DNA from: Yuukianura sp. NJ FZ-2021
Taxonomy: Eukaryota
Assembly (NCBI GenBank): GCA_046563655.1
Contig: CM102284.1
Location: 2,790,001-2,854,000, forward strand
Length of the DNA stretch: 64,000 nt
Reading direction: 5' to 3'
A model generated the notes under the pieces. It did not search any database and had not been told where the DNA came from. It saw nothing but the letters and a program-made list of their open reading frames with translations. Both the position numbers and the translations under genes were made by a program. This document shows positions 1 through 12,513 of this stretch, one piece after another (the stretch's first letter is position 1; each line of letters starts with the position of its first letter).

Positions 1-631
1 AAAACCACGCTGGTTTTGATATTTTTATGATCAACGAATTGCGTTGTTTTTCGTTTTGAAAATAACTTGCCAAACTACATTTTTCACTAAATTTTCAATT
101 GCAAGGAATCAGTTTTTTCTGTCTCATAGTTTTTCTCAATTTCTTTTGTATCTTTTAATCTTTTGATGCTTGACTTTGCGTTTGTGGGTTTAGAATGCAA
201 TGGCATCGGACTTATTGAACAATAATTATAAAATTTTGTCCGGAAATTGAGCAAAAACTTTGAAAAATTGACATTTTGATTAACAAAGCGGGAATTTTCG
301 ACACACGTGAAACAATTGGGCATACGGAATTTGGATTTGAAAAATATTTTGCAGTGAACCGTTTACAAATCTTTAGGGCCAAACCTCGAAAAACCTAGTC
401 GGTAATTTGCATTATGAAAACCAAAACAACAACAATGAAACCCTTGAAAGCTTGATATTTAAAATTACAAAATTTCGAAAACATTTGAAGTATCGTGACA
501 ATTGGATCTACTGCGGACCTTATTCAAGAGTTTCGACTTGATGACAACCTTCCTTAAAATGTTGCTGACCTTGGCTATTCTTTTAGTCTTCTGGAGACGC
601 ACGTCTACGACGTGCTGAAGAAGACTATTGA

Positions 632-1363
632 TACGACTTTGTCTGTCTGTCACATTTTTTAGGAATTTTTCCACTGAAACATAAGGCCTATCCCGTTCGG
701 GGGGTTATGTATCGCTAAAGTATTTTTAGTAGGTCTACATTTCATTAAAAGTGTTATATTAACAACATGAAAATTAGCGGCTACTTCCCATTACCGACTC
801 TTCTGACTTAAATTTTTTTGATACCTTTGCATTGCACTGAAAATATTTTTAAACAACGACTTTTTGATCTGGTCATTTTCTGATAGTTAGTTTAATTACA
901 TTGTTAAACTAAGCCTGGTTAGAGGTTAGAAATTCCGGCTTAAATTCGTAATACGTAAACAGTGCTTAGCAAGGTTCAAATTTGCCTTTGACGACTTTCT
1001 CTGTCTGTCCGTCCGTCCGTTCGCTTTTTTAGTATCTTTTGCACTGAAACATAAGCCCCATCGCAGTCGGGGGGTTATGTATGGCTCAAGTATTTTCATT
1101 AGGTCTACATTGCACTCAAAGTCTTACATTAACAACTCACAAAGCTTGCCTCTGCATCGCGTTGCTGTTTCTTAAGTCCTCAAAATTTTTGTGTTAGGTC
1201 TGCATTATACTCAAAATGTATTTAAACAACGAAGTTTTGATCTGGTCATTTTCTGGCAGTGTGTTTAGTTACGTTGTTAACATAAGACTGATTAGAGGGT
1301 AGAAAATGCGGCTTAAATTCGTAACATGTAAACAGTGCATGACAGTGTTCAAATTTGCCTTTG
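632..1363. repeat. Diverged tandem duplication of a ~360-370 bp unit, probably a Helitron/DINE-like relic
   Basis: Blocks 'cactgaaacataag..ggggggttatgtat..taggtctacatt' (~672 and ~1042) and 'aaacaacga..tttgatctggtcattttctg..ggcttaaattcgtaa..ttcaaatttgcctttg' (~850 and ~1224) recur in the same order. Each unit begins with acgacttt plus a (CTGT/CCGT)n tract. Confidence 0.7.
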
Positions 1364-2343
1364 CAAGAAATTTTTATTATTTTGATTTTACACAAATGAT
1401 ATTCGCCTCTATTACTTATGCACTTGATTTAACACATGGTGCATGTATTTTGATTTTTAAGAAGCTATAAGTTACACCTGCCTCTCAACGTTCAATTTTG
1501 TGCACACTTATAAGTAGATGCACATAAATGTCAAATTGCGCAGTTATTTTGAAGCTGGGTAATGAACGTTGTTATTTCAACATTTGTGCATACTTGAGAA
1601 CAACTGCACATACATATTTTAGAATGTTGATTACATCCGAATAATTGTGCATTTATATGAACAGATTTAATGGAATTCTAATTTTGTTCATTCTTGAGAA
1701 CAATTTGATGCGGAAATGTTGTGAATCAAAATAATTTTCAGGAGAGTGAAAACGGTTCAGGGCTAAAGCTGAACAACATTCTTATGCAAACGGTTTTTTC
1801 ACATTTTGGTGCAATTGTGCACAAAAAGGCCCACATCTGCACTGAAAGTTATGAGCGACGTTTCGGTGCATAAATCTCGTAAAAACGGTTTCTCTGTTCC
1901 TCTACAGTTTTGAGGCAGGCCGGTTTAAGTCGTATCAATTGCCAACTCCCTCCAGAAGACCTATGCTCAACCCTTGAGCATTGCCCTATACCTTGTTTTT
2001 TTCTAGAAAGTCTGCAGAGTAATCGAGGGAATAAAAATGTAAAAATCTAACTTTTATGTTAAATACAGATGTTATGTTACTTACGTATCTTAGGATTTTA
2101 GTTAATACTCTTTAAAGTCAGATCAACTAAATCCAAGTTAGTTCAAAGTGGTTTGAACGTTACTTTGCACAAAGCGTAATAGACGGAAGTGAATTATAAA
2201 TTTATAAGAGATCTGACCCATTTCCTGGACACTTTTTTAGTTTTCACTAAAGGTTGTTTAATTTTTGTCCAATTTTTTATTAGTAAACTTTTTCATCACA
2301 CGAAATTTCTTAATTTGACTGTTTATTCGAAGAAGGTTAAAAA

Positions 2344-5178
2344 TTAGTGGACGGGTGTTAGTTTTATGACGTATGGGAGCGGTTTCATCGTTAGGGAAGG
2401 CGTACCGAGCGCCATCGTCGGTTCCCTGCCCTCCACCGGCACCAGGAAGTATTTACTAAGGATGCCCGTTGTCATCATAAACAGTGTTATTAACGCCATG
2501 TTGTCACCGGGACATGCCCTTGCTCCTACAACATCAATTTTAAAGTTTAATGGGTTAAGAGAAACATTATATTGTTGTTAAGTATACCACTGCCAAAAGG
2601 ATTTATGCGGTCAGATTTTGAGATGTCGAGAGTTCCATCCTCCAGAAGAAGGCGTTCCGGACGAAATTGTTCCGGGTCGCCCCAGTAGGATCGGTCATGA
2701 TTAATCGCCCATATATTAGAGAATATGAAAGTCCCTTTCGGTATGTTGTACCCTGCACATGCAATGTTTTCCGATGTGAAACGCGGTGTTGGAACGGTCA
2801 CGCGCGGAGAATGGCGAATCACTTCCAGGATAACGGCTTTGGTGTAAGACATTCTGAATGTATTGGAAAGTGTAGAAATTTTGGCAATATTTAAAATTTT
2901 CTAGTACCTACATATTTTGATTTGTTTAGTATCAGTATATTTTAATTTTTGTAGCTCACGTTGTCATAATTGTCGATGGAAATGGAACGAATCCACCACG
3001 TGAATGTTGATCCATTTCTTGCCGCACTCTCTTCTGCACATCAGGAAAAAGTGTCAAGTACAGAAGAATCCACTGAATAGCAGAGGCTAGCGCATCAGAT
3101 CCGGCAAGAAATAAATCCATCAAGGTTAGAACAAACTGATCCTCTGAAATGACAAATGTATCAGAATAACGTAACATCTTAACCAACCCGTTGTTTTGGA
3201 ATTGATTAATTAATTATTAGTTAACATTTTACTTTACAATTTTAAACTTGTACCATTGAATACTTCATGTCCTTCGTTTCTGTGCTTTTCAATGTCGTCC
3301 AAGTAAGCTTCAATAAAACTTTCAGGTTCCACACGTCCAGCCCTTCTGTCTTTGGCGTCTTCCACCAACTCCTGTTTATAATTTTGTTTTAAAATTCGGA
3401 CTTAAAAAAGTAGAAGGTAAAGCGAAAAAATTCAAACTCAAATTGGAAGTAGGGTTGCCGCCATTTCCGTGTAAAACGGAAAATGAAACGGACTTTCCGT
3501 TTTTTCCGTTTAAATTTTTTGAATTTTTGGAAACGGTATCTATCGTTTCGTTTCCGTTTTCGCCAAAACACGAAACGAAAACGAAAATCAAAAAACGGAA
3601 ACCAGAAAAACCAGAGAAAATGTCAACTTTTCTGCTTCCCGTACTGAAATTGTGGGAAATTAAAAACGTTAACGTAAAAATTTAACGTTAAAATTATGGT
3701 CGACTTTAACAATTTTGACCAACTTTGGAATCGTATGAAGTAGATTTTCAAAGGGCAGAACATAGGTTTCAAGTTTTGTCCTACGAAAATCCACTTCTTT
3801 CGCGGTCAACCGTTTTTCCGTTTTTAAATCCTTTTTTTTTTCGTTCCGTTTTTGTTTATCTGTTTTAAGACCGTTTCCGTTTTGCGGCCAAGAGTTTTGT
3901 TTCCGTTTTTAGCACAAAACGGAAACGAAACGCACGGCGGCAACCCTAATTGGAAGTTTTTCTAACCAACATAAACTCTCTCATTTCTCGATGTATTTCG
4001 TAGTGATGTCTATATCCACTCCATACTGGAAAAATCTTAAGGAAAGGAAAAACTGCTAGCAAATTCTTTGTCCCCATCGCTTCAAATATTTGGTGAGAGT
4101 AGTGCAAATGGCGCTTCATTTTGGCACAGTGTGGATCAAACCGGTAGCCACCAACAGACGCCCAAACGATGTTGATACTCAGAGCGGAAATTCGAGTTAT
4201 ATCCACGTTCCAAATCCCGTCTGAATTAACAATTTCCTGTTCGGTGTCATTCAAAAGGTCGTTAACTTCCGTTTGAATTGTTTCATCCATTGTCATCTTC
4301 CTGCCAAATCCGAACTGGCGAAGAAGTTTTACAGTATACTTTCTCTGTTCACGCCAAATGTCGCCGTAGCCCCAAATAATTCCTGCACAATTATTTTAAT
4401 GTTATGAATTGCTACGAAGTCAACGTTCGCGTATGATACGTTGCGTAGAGTTAAAATATGAAGTAGGATATGCAAGCTTGGTTAAGGTTCTTAATGTCAA
4501 CGTAACGTCAATGCACTAGAGTACGTTAGGGTACCTTTCTAGGTTTGTTCATTTAATTTTCCTTATTATTAACCAATACTTGCCAAAACATATTTTAAAC
4601 TTGCCCAAATTTTTAAAGTTGCTTCTCTGTTCCATAAATTCAAATCTTCCTCTCTCTGACACTTCAGGACGCCGAAACAATTCGCGCATAACTTCGAAAT
4701 TTGATAAAACCACTGTAAAGAAAATGTTGAGTGTAGTGTTCTGCAATGCTAAGTTTAGTTTTTAGAAATTCAAGAAACTAAGAAATTTCAGAATTTCAGT
4801 TATTTTATGTGGTGTAGTAGAACCTGCGTAGTGTACACCGTATCCAATGGACATAATATCGCCATACTTTTTTCCCAGGCCGGTCAACTGCAAATGAGGA
4901 TACACAGGATTCTCCATGATCATTTGCGGTAGACTCCCCAAAATTGGCAATCGAATTGGCCCTAAATTCAATAATAAGACAACACAATGAGATATTATAA
5001 TCAAAAAATATTTTTTAAGCAAATACTTAGTAAACGTTTGAGCGAAGTTTACGCTAACTTTTTAAACAGTTTTGTTTAATATGTTACCTGGCGGTAAATT
5101 CCGATCTTGCTCGGTTCGTCTCAATTTCCATATCACCAAAATGACTAACATACATGCCAACAATATGAGGACCATCAT
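2344..5178 (-). CDS. Cytochrome P450, CYP2 clan, copy A; 8 exons (5178-5088, 4961-4824, 4712-4605, 4382-3967, 3371-3254, 3143-2960, 2853-2588, 2525-2344)
   Basis: Hand-spliced protein has an N-terminal anchor MMVLILLACMLVILVIWK, PPGP hinge, WREQR C-helix, AGSDA I-helix, EVIR (ExxR), PERL and heme motif FGSGARACPG. Exon phases are all consistent, with one GC donor. Confidence 0.93.
3450..3948. mobile_element. Non-autonomous hAT DNA transposon (499 bp) in intron 4 of P450 copy A
   Basis: 13-bp perfect TIR TAGGGTTGCCGCC...GGCGGCAACCCTA; 8-bp TSD ATTGGAAG (3442-3449 and 3949-3956); many subterminal AAACGG/CCGTTT motifs. Absent from the ~100-bp equivalent intron of copy B. Confidence 0.92.
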
Positions 5179-5765
5179 GACTGGAATTCCTACACACTGT
5201 GATATGAGAGAATTACGTCTGGCGACAGTTAGAAAACTTTAAACTCTTTGCCAGTTTCCGATAAAACTATTAAAAGGTTTTATCTTTTATCTATAGTTTT
5301 ATCTATTTTATTTTTAACTATATTTTTTTACTATTTACCTTGTTTTCAACCCACATGTTTTGTGGGTGTAAGTGTTTTTAGTTACACGAATAAAAACATT
5401 CAAGTGCGATTTTCCTACTAAAAAAAGATTAAAAGGTCTGACTACGTTCTTCTAAACTAAGGTTTTATAGTTTGAAATTTTTTTGGGAAACTTCCTGTTT
5501 AACCTTGTTTTCATTTCAAAAATGTTTTATTCAATTTTATTCAATTTTGTCTTTATTAAGCGCCACTGCAACAGCATGAACTAAAGGAAAATGAAATGGA
5601 GTTTTCTCTTTTATTTTAAAAGTTTTTAAAACTTTTTTGACCATAAAAACTTTTTTAGAACTTTTTTCTTTAAATATGTCAAAATATGCCAATTTTTTTT
5701 ATCAAAAATGACAAAAGTTTGCGTAAAATTTCATATAGTGAGGAGTCTTAAGTCGAAACGCATGC

Positions 5766-6046
5766 CTGGGGACCATCCCACCAAGAAAAAAATCTTTTTT
5801 TTTTGCATAAAACGATTGGAAATTACTTAAGACGCCTTAAGAATTGAAGAGGAAGACACTTTTTTTTTTCAAAAATTTATTTTAAAAAAAGTTTTCTACC
5901 GGATCCGAAAAATTATGGGTCCGGTTTCAACTTTTCAAAAAAAAAAAAATTTGCTAAAGCAACGTATTACAGTGTCAAAATGAGTTTTAAGTATGTTTCA
6001 GACTGGACAAAAGTGAATTTATTTTCTTGATGGGAAGGTTTCCACC
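5766..6046. mobile_element. Degenerate MITE-like palindromic element between the two P450s
   Basis: Imperfect inverted termini ggaccatcccaccaagaaaa / ttttcttgatgggaaggtttcc with mirrored T and A tracts inside; no clear TSD. Confidence 0.4.
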
Positions 6047-6307
6047 TTCCCTTGATTTTCGCAACTTTGGAATGTGATTGGCTTTGGATTTTGAGCTTGT
6101 CACATGAAATAGAAAGCAATTAATTAGTAATATCTTTTAATTTTAGGGACTTTTCACAAATTTTTTTTAGAAGTTTTTCGGGACTTTTTACACCAATTTT
6201 TAAGGACTTTTTAAGTGCTTAAAACGCCATTTTTTGGAGCGTACTTTTCCGAGGTTTGATCATCACACAAAATTACTTAATTTGAGTGTTTATTTGAAGA
6301 ATTGCTT

Positions 6308-8763
6308 TTAACAATTAGTGGGCAAGGGTGTTAGTTTTATGACGTATGGGAGCGGTTTCATCGTTAGCGAAGGCGTACCGAGCGCCATCGTCGGTTCCCT
6401 GCCCTCCACAGGCGCCAGGAAGTATTTGCTAATGATGCCCGTTGTCATCATAAACAGTGTAATTAACGCCATTTTGTCGCCGGGACATGCCCTTGCTCCT
6501 ACAACATCAATTTTAAATTTTAATAGATAAAGATAAATATTATGGTTGTTAAGTATACCAATGCCAAAAGGATTTATGCGGTCCGATTTTGAAATGTCGA
6601 AAGTTCCATCCTCCAGAAGAAGGCGTTCCGGCCGAAATTCCTCCGGATCCCCCCAGTAGGATCGGTCGTGATTAATTGCCCACGTATTAGAGAATATATA
6701 AGTCCCTTTCGGTATGTTGTACCCTGCACATGTAGTGTCTTCCGATGTGAAACGCGGTGTTTGAACAGTCACGAACGGAGCATGGCGAATCACTTCCAGG
6801 ATAACGGCTTTGGTGTAAGGCATTCTGAATGTTTTATAAAATGTTGGAAATTTTATATTATCAACATATTTTATAATTTATTTAGTGTTAACTATTTTAA
6901 ATTTTCAAGTGGGAAAATGAAAAGCTCACGTTGCCATAATTGTGGATGGAAATGGAACGAATCCACCACGTGAATGTTGGTACATTTCTTGCCGCACTCG
7001 TTTCTGTACATCGGGAAATAGAGTCAAGTACAAAAGAATCCACTGGGTGGCAGAGGCTAGCGTATCAGATCCGGCAACAAATAGATCCATCAAGGTCAGA
7101 ATAAACTGATCCTCTGAAATGACAAAAGTATGAGATTGGCGGGCATCCAAACATTAACACCTTTAAATTAGTTAACGATTTACTTTAGGTATGTTTTTTT
7201 TTGTACCATTAAATACTTCGTGTCCTTCGTTTTTGTGCTTTTCAATGTCGTCCAGGTAAGCTTCAATGAAACTCTCAGGTTGCACGCGTTCAGCTCTTCT
7301 ACCTTTGGCGTCTTCCACCAACTCCTGTTTATAGGTAATTAATTTTAAAATTCATAATGGACATAGTACATAGAAAATTTAGAAAAGATCCTTAAAAAAA
7401 ATCAAAAATTCAAATGTGAGGTTTTACTGACCAACATAAATTCTCTCATGTCTCGATGTATTTCGTAGTGATTTCTATATCCACTCCATACTGGAAAAAT
7501 CTTAAGGAAAGGAAAAACAGCTAACAAATTCTTTGTCCCCATTGCTTCAAATATTTGATGACTGTAGTGCAAATGGCGCTTCATTTTGGCACAGTGTGGA
7601 TCAAATCGGTAACCACCAACAGATGCCCAAACAATGTTAACGCTGAGAGCGGAAATTCGAGTAATGTCCACGTTCCAAACGCCGTTTGAAGTAACAATTT
7701 CCTGCTCGACGTCATTCAGAAAATCGTTCACTTCCGTTTGAATTGTTTCATCCATTGTCATCTTTCTGCCAAATCCAAATTGACGCAGAAGTCTTGCAGT
7801 ATACTTCCTCTGTTCGCGCCAAATGTCGCCGTAGCTCCAAATAATTCCTGCACAATTTACTTTAGTTTTAGGTCAACTGTTCGAAGTCATAATGGCCAAA
7901 TCAAAAACCGCAGCTCCAATAGCCGCCGCACAATAACGCCCAAAAAATAATCGTCCGGAAGCAAAAACTGCTGCCAGTAGCGTCGGTTATTTTTTCGGCT
8001 GTTTTTGGTTCGGCGGTTATGGATTGCTACGAGGTCAACGTTCGCTACGTTACGCTGCGTAGTGTTAGAATATTGAAAAATGATGTTAGATGGGTTTAGG
8101 TTACTACGTTAACGGCTCTACCATTACTTGCGTTAAGCTAAGGTGGGTATACTAAACCTAATGTCTATGTAATACTTGCCCAAATTTTTGAAGTTGTTTC
8201 TCTGTTCCATAAATTCAAATCTTCCTCTCTCTGAGATTTCAGGACGCCGAAACAATTCGCGCATGACTTCAAAGTTTGATAAAGCCACTGTAAAGACAAT
8301 GTTTAGTGTTTTTTTTAAATTCGAATAACTCAGAACTTCAGTTCTGTTACGTAGTATGGTAGTACCTGCGTAGTGTACACCGTATCCAATGGATATCACT
8401 TCGCCATACTTTTTTGCCAGACCAGTCAATTGCAAATGAGGATACACAGGGTTTTCTCTGATCATTTGGGGAAGACTTCCCAAAATTGGGAATCGAATAG
8501 GCCCTAAAAACAGAATTAATTGAAGATGTATCAATCATAGAAGGAGAAAAATGGATCAATAAATATTTTTTTAAACACATAACGTACACGTTTCAGCGAA
8601 GTTTACACTAACTTTATCCGAAATTTACGATGCAGTTACTAAACGATGCAACAAACGTTTTGTGTATCTTACCTGGCGGTAAATTCTGCTCTTTCCCGCC
8701 TCGTTTAATTCTCCACATCACTAGAACGGCTAATATGAATGCCAACAATATGTAGACCATCAT
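6308..8763 (-). CDS. Cytochrome P450, CYP2 clan, copy B; tandem paralog with the same 8-exon structure
   Basis: ATG at 8763; exon 1 is 91 nt as in copy A; PPGPIRFPILGSL, WREQR, AGSDT, EVIR, PERL, FGIGARACPG; stop at 6308-6310. UTR-side flanks also align with copy A. Confidence 0.93.
7888..8021. mobile_element. Small degenerate inverted-repeat insertion in intron 3 of P450 copy B
   Basis: cataatggccaaatcaaaaacc pairs imperfectly with ggctgtttttggttcggcggttatg. The segment is missing from the aligned intron of copy A (~4390-4410). Confidence 0.5.
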
Positions 8764-10619
8764 GACTAGCATGTATGAACTCTGAGCAGACAATTACTTC
8801 TGGCGACAGTTCTGAAACGTTGAACCTTTGTTTCCAGAGTAAAACTATTAAAGCTTTTCTATTTTTAGAAGGCCCTTTTGTTATCTCCGTTTGTTCACTT
8901 CTATTGCGACACTTAAGAACAAGAAACTAAGTTTTTCAAAAACACTTTTGTTCATTAGGTTTGTATACAATATTTTGAAAAACTGATTATTTCTATGCTA
9001 ACGGTCCATAAGGGGACTGAACTTTTCTCGAATTTGAAAAGGGCCTTTTAAAAATAGATAAACTATACTACTATTTAAAAGTTCTTGACAGTAAGCCTTC
9101 TAACTCGCTCTTTAAATATCCAGCCACTCTTTTGTGCAAAGAATGAAGCAGAAAACATGGTTGCACCCTGAAAACGAAAAGCACAATTAAGTTAGAACTA
9201 ATGACCACCTAATTACGTATTCTAGTGCTTTGCCAGCTTTAACTAGACTCTTGCCAGGTAATATTTCTATTCGTTTTTTTCGCAAATCAGGTTCAATACA
9301 AAGCATTTAAACCAAAATCTAGTTCTTTAGCCAAAGCTGTTCAAACAAATGGAAATATTTTATATGTGTCGCATTAACGCTGATACAAAACCGGGTGAAA
9401 TAACCTTGAATTGCATGAGCACTTGCAATTTTTCATGTGTTGCTACGTTATCACATCCAGACATACTCGTGGAAAAACATAAAGTAGCTCATACTTTGTA
9501 TGATGCCGGTTACATGGCTGGATTTGATAGGTTAACATCATGTGCAAAGTAGATGGAAGTGTTTTACAGAAAAAATGCACTACAACTAAATAGTCGGTTA
9601 GGTGTGGCGAAAATTTGTACACCTCGTATAACTTATCTGGATATAACGTATAACTTAGCAGTAAAAGCTTGGATACAAACGGCAATTCATGTTGCAGAAC
9701 ATTCGGAGTCGAGTTTTAGTTTGTAATTTCACCTTACCATTTTTCAACACAATTCTTTTCCTTAATTGTCAACGATTAACTTAATTTGCAGTTTGCATTA
9801 TTAGACCAATCCGGAGACAAACGACAGCTGACTCTCCAGTGTCTCCGATTCTAAAATTGCGCCAATTTTGCCCAATTATCCTATGACAATGGGCAAAGTT
9901 AATGAATTTTCACTTTCTGGTCTCATGATGGTCTAATGCAATTAATTTCTACGCAAACACATAGGGAGAGGGACCTCTGAAGAAATTATCAGGTTAGTAT
10001 CAAAATGGATTGTAAGAAAAGTCAAGTCGTATTTCCGACACAAAAAGCCGTGGAAGTTCGTAGTGGATTATTACGAGCAAGTGTAGATTTGATATGACTT
10101 GTAATTAATAGCACATTTTATTTAATAGAGTTCATTTCTTGTAATAAAACGCTTCTCAAAACGTCTTCATCGAACTAGTCGTAGCAAAGGTGGCGTAGAT
10201 AGCCTTAGAATTTCATATTTTTGGATAGAAAGTCGCTAAGTGGAAAAAAGTACTATAAAATTGTGTTAAATTGCAGGCATTCAGTTGTAAATATTTTCCT
10301 TACAAAACTACTACGCCCGGAGCATCATTAAATTATTGCAATTTGGAAAAAAAGTTGTCGGGCAGCTTTTGATTTTTTTTTAAATTTATGCTCTGCCTCT
10401 GGAAGATAACAAAAACTCGTTTTTAAATGTGTTTTTTTCTTGTTTTTGAAATCAATTAAAAACTTTGATTTTAAATTCTTCGCAACACATCTCCTGGTTT
10501 ACATCCGCCTTCAGTTCGTTAAATCTCAAAACCAGCACGATAATGCAAGGAAAGAATGTGAATTCGCATTGTGCCAATTTTGTGTTGTGCAAAAACTGTG
10601 ATTTTCCTTGTTGAGAAAA

Positions 10620-12513
10620 ATGGGGAAACTGGCTACGCAGACTTTAGTTTTTCTTTATCTCCTTTCGGTTGTAACGACCGTCAATTGTGAAGTAGCTGGA
10701 TTGGATTCTACTGGAAGCGGTCCATTTTTAGAAGTTGATAAATTTAAAAGCGATGACGCCGGAAGAAGAAACAGTTCAGGTTAGTCTTCATTTTTGAAAA
10801 CTTTTTTTTTTGAAAAGTTGAAATCCGGGTTTAGAAGCACTCCATTGCCCTCCTGCATTTAAAATGTGAATGTTCTTTTTGTTTAGAACTTCTGAAATGG
10901 AAAGGCGTCGTCTAACTAAAGATAAATTCCGGTTTTTTGAAAACATTTTCTGGATAAGTTTTTGAAAAGGCTCGTTGGAAGTGTGATGTCTGTCCTTAAG
11001 TGGATTTGAAAGTAGTCTCCAAAGTGGGAACTTGTGTCAAATTCTTGAGCTAGGCGAAGTCTCATTCTTTAACAGAAAAGGACCCTTAAGGGTCCTTAAC
11101 AACTTAGGAGAGAAGGCGGTGATCTGACCTCTGATACACATCTTCATGGTCCTTAACATTCAAATTCCAATTTAGCAATTCCAACAAACTGGAAATCCTG
11201 ATAAAAATGTTTTCAAATCCCGAACTTTTCAACAGGAATTCGGCACTTAAAATTTTTAAGCATTCTGGGTTTTAGAATTAAAAGAATTTTTCTGTTTTAA
11301 GAATCTTGAAATTCTAACTGATTTTTTTAACTGTAGGTGGAGATGGAATTGCAAACAAACCACGCGGAAAACTTTCACTTTTGCGTTACGTCCAACTTGA
11401 AGTTGAAGACCGATTGAAAAGTGTGACAGAAAAAGAAGGTTTGCGTTGCTTCTGCGACACTGACGACTGTGTCGCAAGTGGTCACGCCAGTTGTACCACG
11501 ACTGGAAGCTGTTACACACAAATCCTCGTGCTGGAAGACGGATCACCACCGGTCACACGAGGTTGCATTGAGTAAGATCACAAACATGAAAAAAGGTCCA
11601 AAATTTTGAGTTTCTTAGAGTTAAATTTTGAAATTCTATTCTTGATTTTGTTTTAAATTTTATCTGAAAGTGGCCCTTTGAAAATGAGACTCTTAAGTGG
11701 TCGTTCCCTTTATCATTTTCATGGTGTGTTTCTAATGGTTCTAGAAGGGTTTGGGATAAGGGCCCCCCACTCCCTTTAGTCTTTATCAGAGCACTTAAGA
11801 CTCTCGGACACTTCGATTTTACAAAGGGTTCATCTAATCTCCCTTTGTTTCACTTTTTAAATTTTGAGACTTTTGAAAAGAGAGTTTTCGGTTTTAAAAA
11901 AATCCATTTCTTATTTTTTAGTGGAGAGACGCCACTTCTCTGTGAAAATCGAAAGCCGAAGAACCAAGGGGCCTACCCGACCCTTCGCTGCTGTAAGTCC
12001 CACTTATGCAACCATCCACCACCGTACTTTACACCTTCACAAACCCACCACATCACTCGAGCACTCGAACAAGCATGGACTCGCAGCTCCACCATGCCCC
12101 ACCAAAGCTTTGATGATCAAATGACCCACCAAATGAATCAAAATGAATTTAACACAACTGATGATAGAAAATCTGAAGATGCACCACGACTTTCGGTGTC
12201 GCTGCAAATTTCTACGCTAGCGAAAGCATCTCTCATCGGCGCAGCCGTAAGCGTCGTTCTGATAAGCGTGGTTGGTTTTCTTCTTCTTCGGCGGGAACGT
12301 CAAAAGTTGGTTTCTTCATTCAAAACTTAATCAACTTCAACTTAATTAACATTTAATTAATTATGTTTCTGTAGAGGTGGCAGTGACGCCAATGCAGCAA
12401 CAAGGTCCACCGGAACTCCCGTGGGAGCCCTTAACAAAAACGACATAGGAAAGGTCAAAGTTCAAACAAGAGAGATGAGGTCACTCTTAACACTGCCTGA
12501 GTCGGTTGTATGA
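10620..12513 (+). CDS. Single-pass membrane protein with an activin/TGF-beta type I receptor-like ectodomain and no kinase (BAMBI-like decoy); exons 10620-10779, 11337-11571, 11922-~12305, 12375-12513
   Basis: Signal peptide MGKLATQTLVFLYLLSVVTTVNC; Cys pattern LRCFC..C..C..CY..RGC..LC..CCxxxxCN; TM ASLIGAAVSVVLISVVGFLLL-RRER; ~50-aa tail ending PESVV. Intron phases 1/2/2 are consistent. Confidence 0.82.

Noticed and set aside
87-674. Short minus-strand ORFs at the window start
   Set aside because: No recognisable motifs or convincing splice structure, and adjacent to repeat DNA.
3376-3685. Lys/Phe-rich ORFs
   Set aside because: They lie in or overlap the non-coding hAT element and show no transposase motifs.
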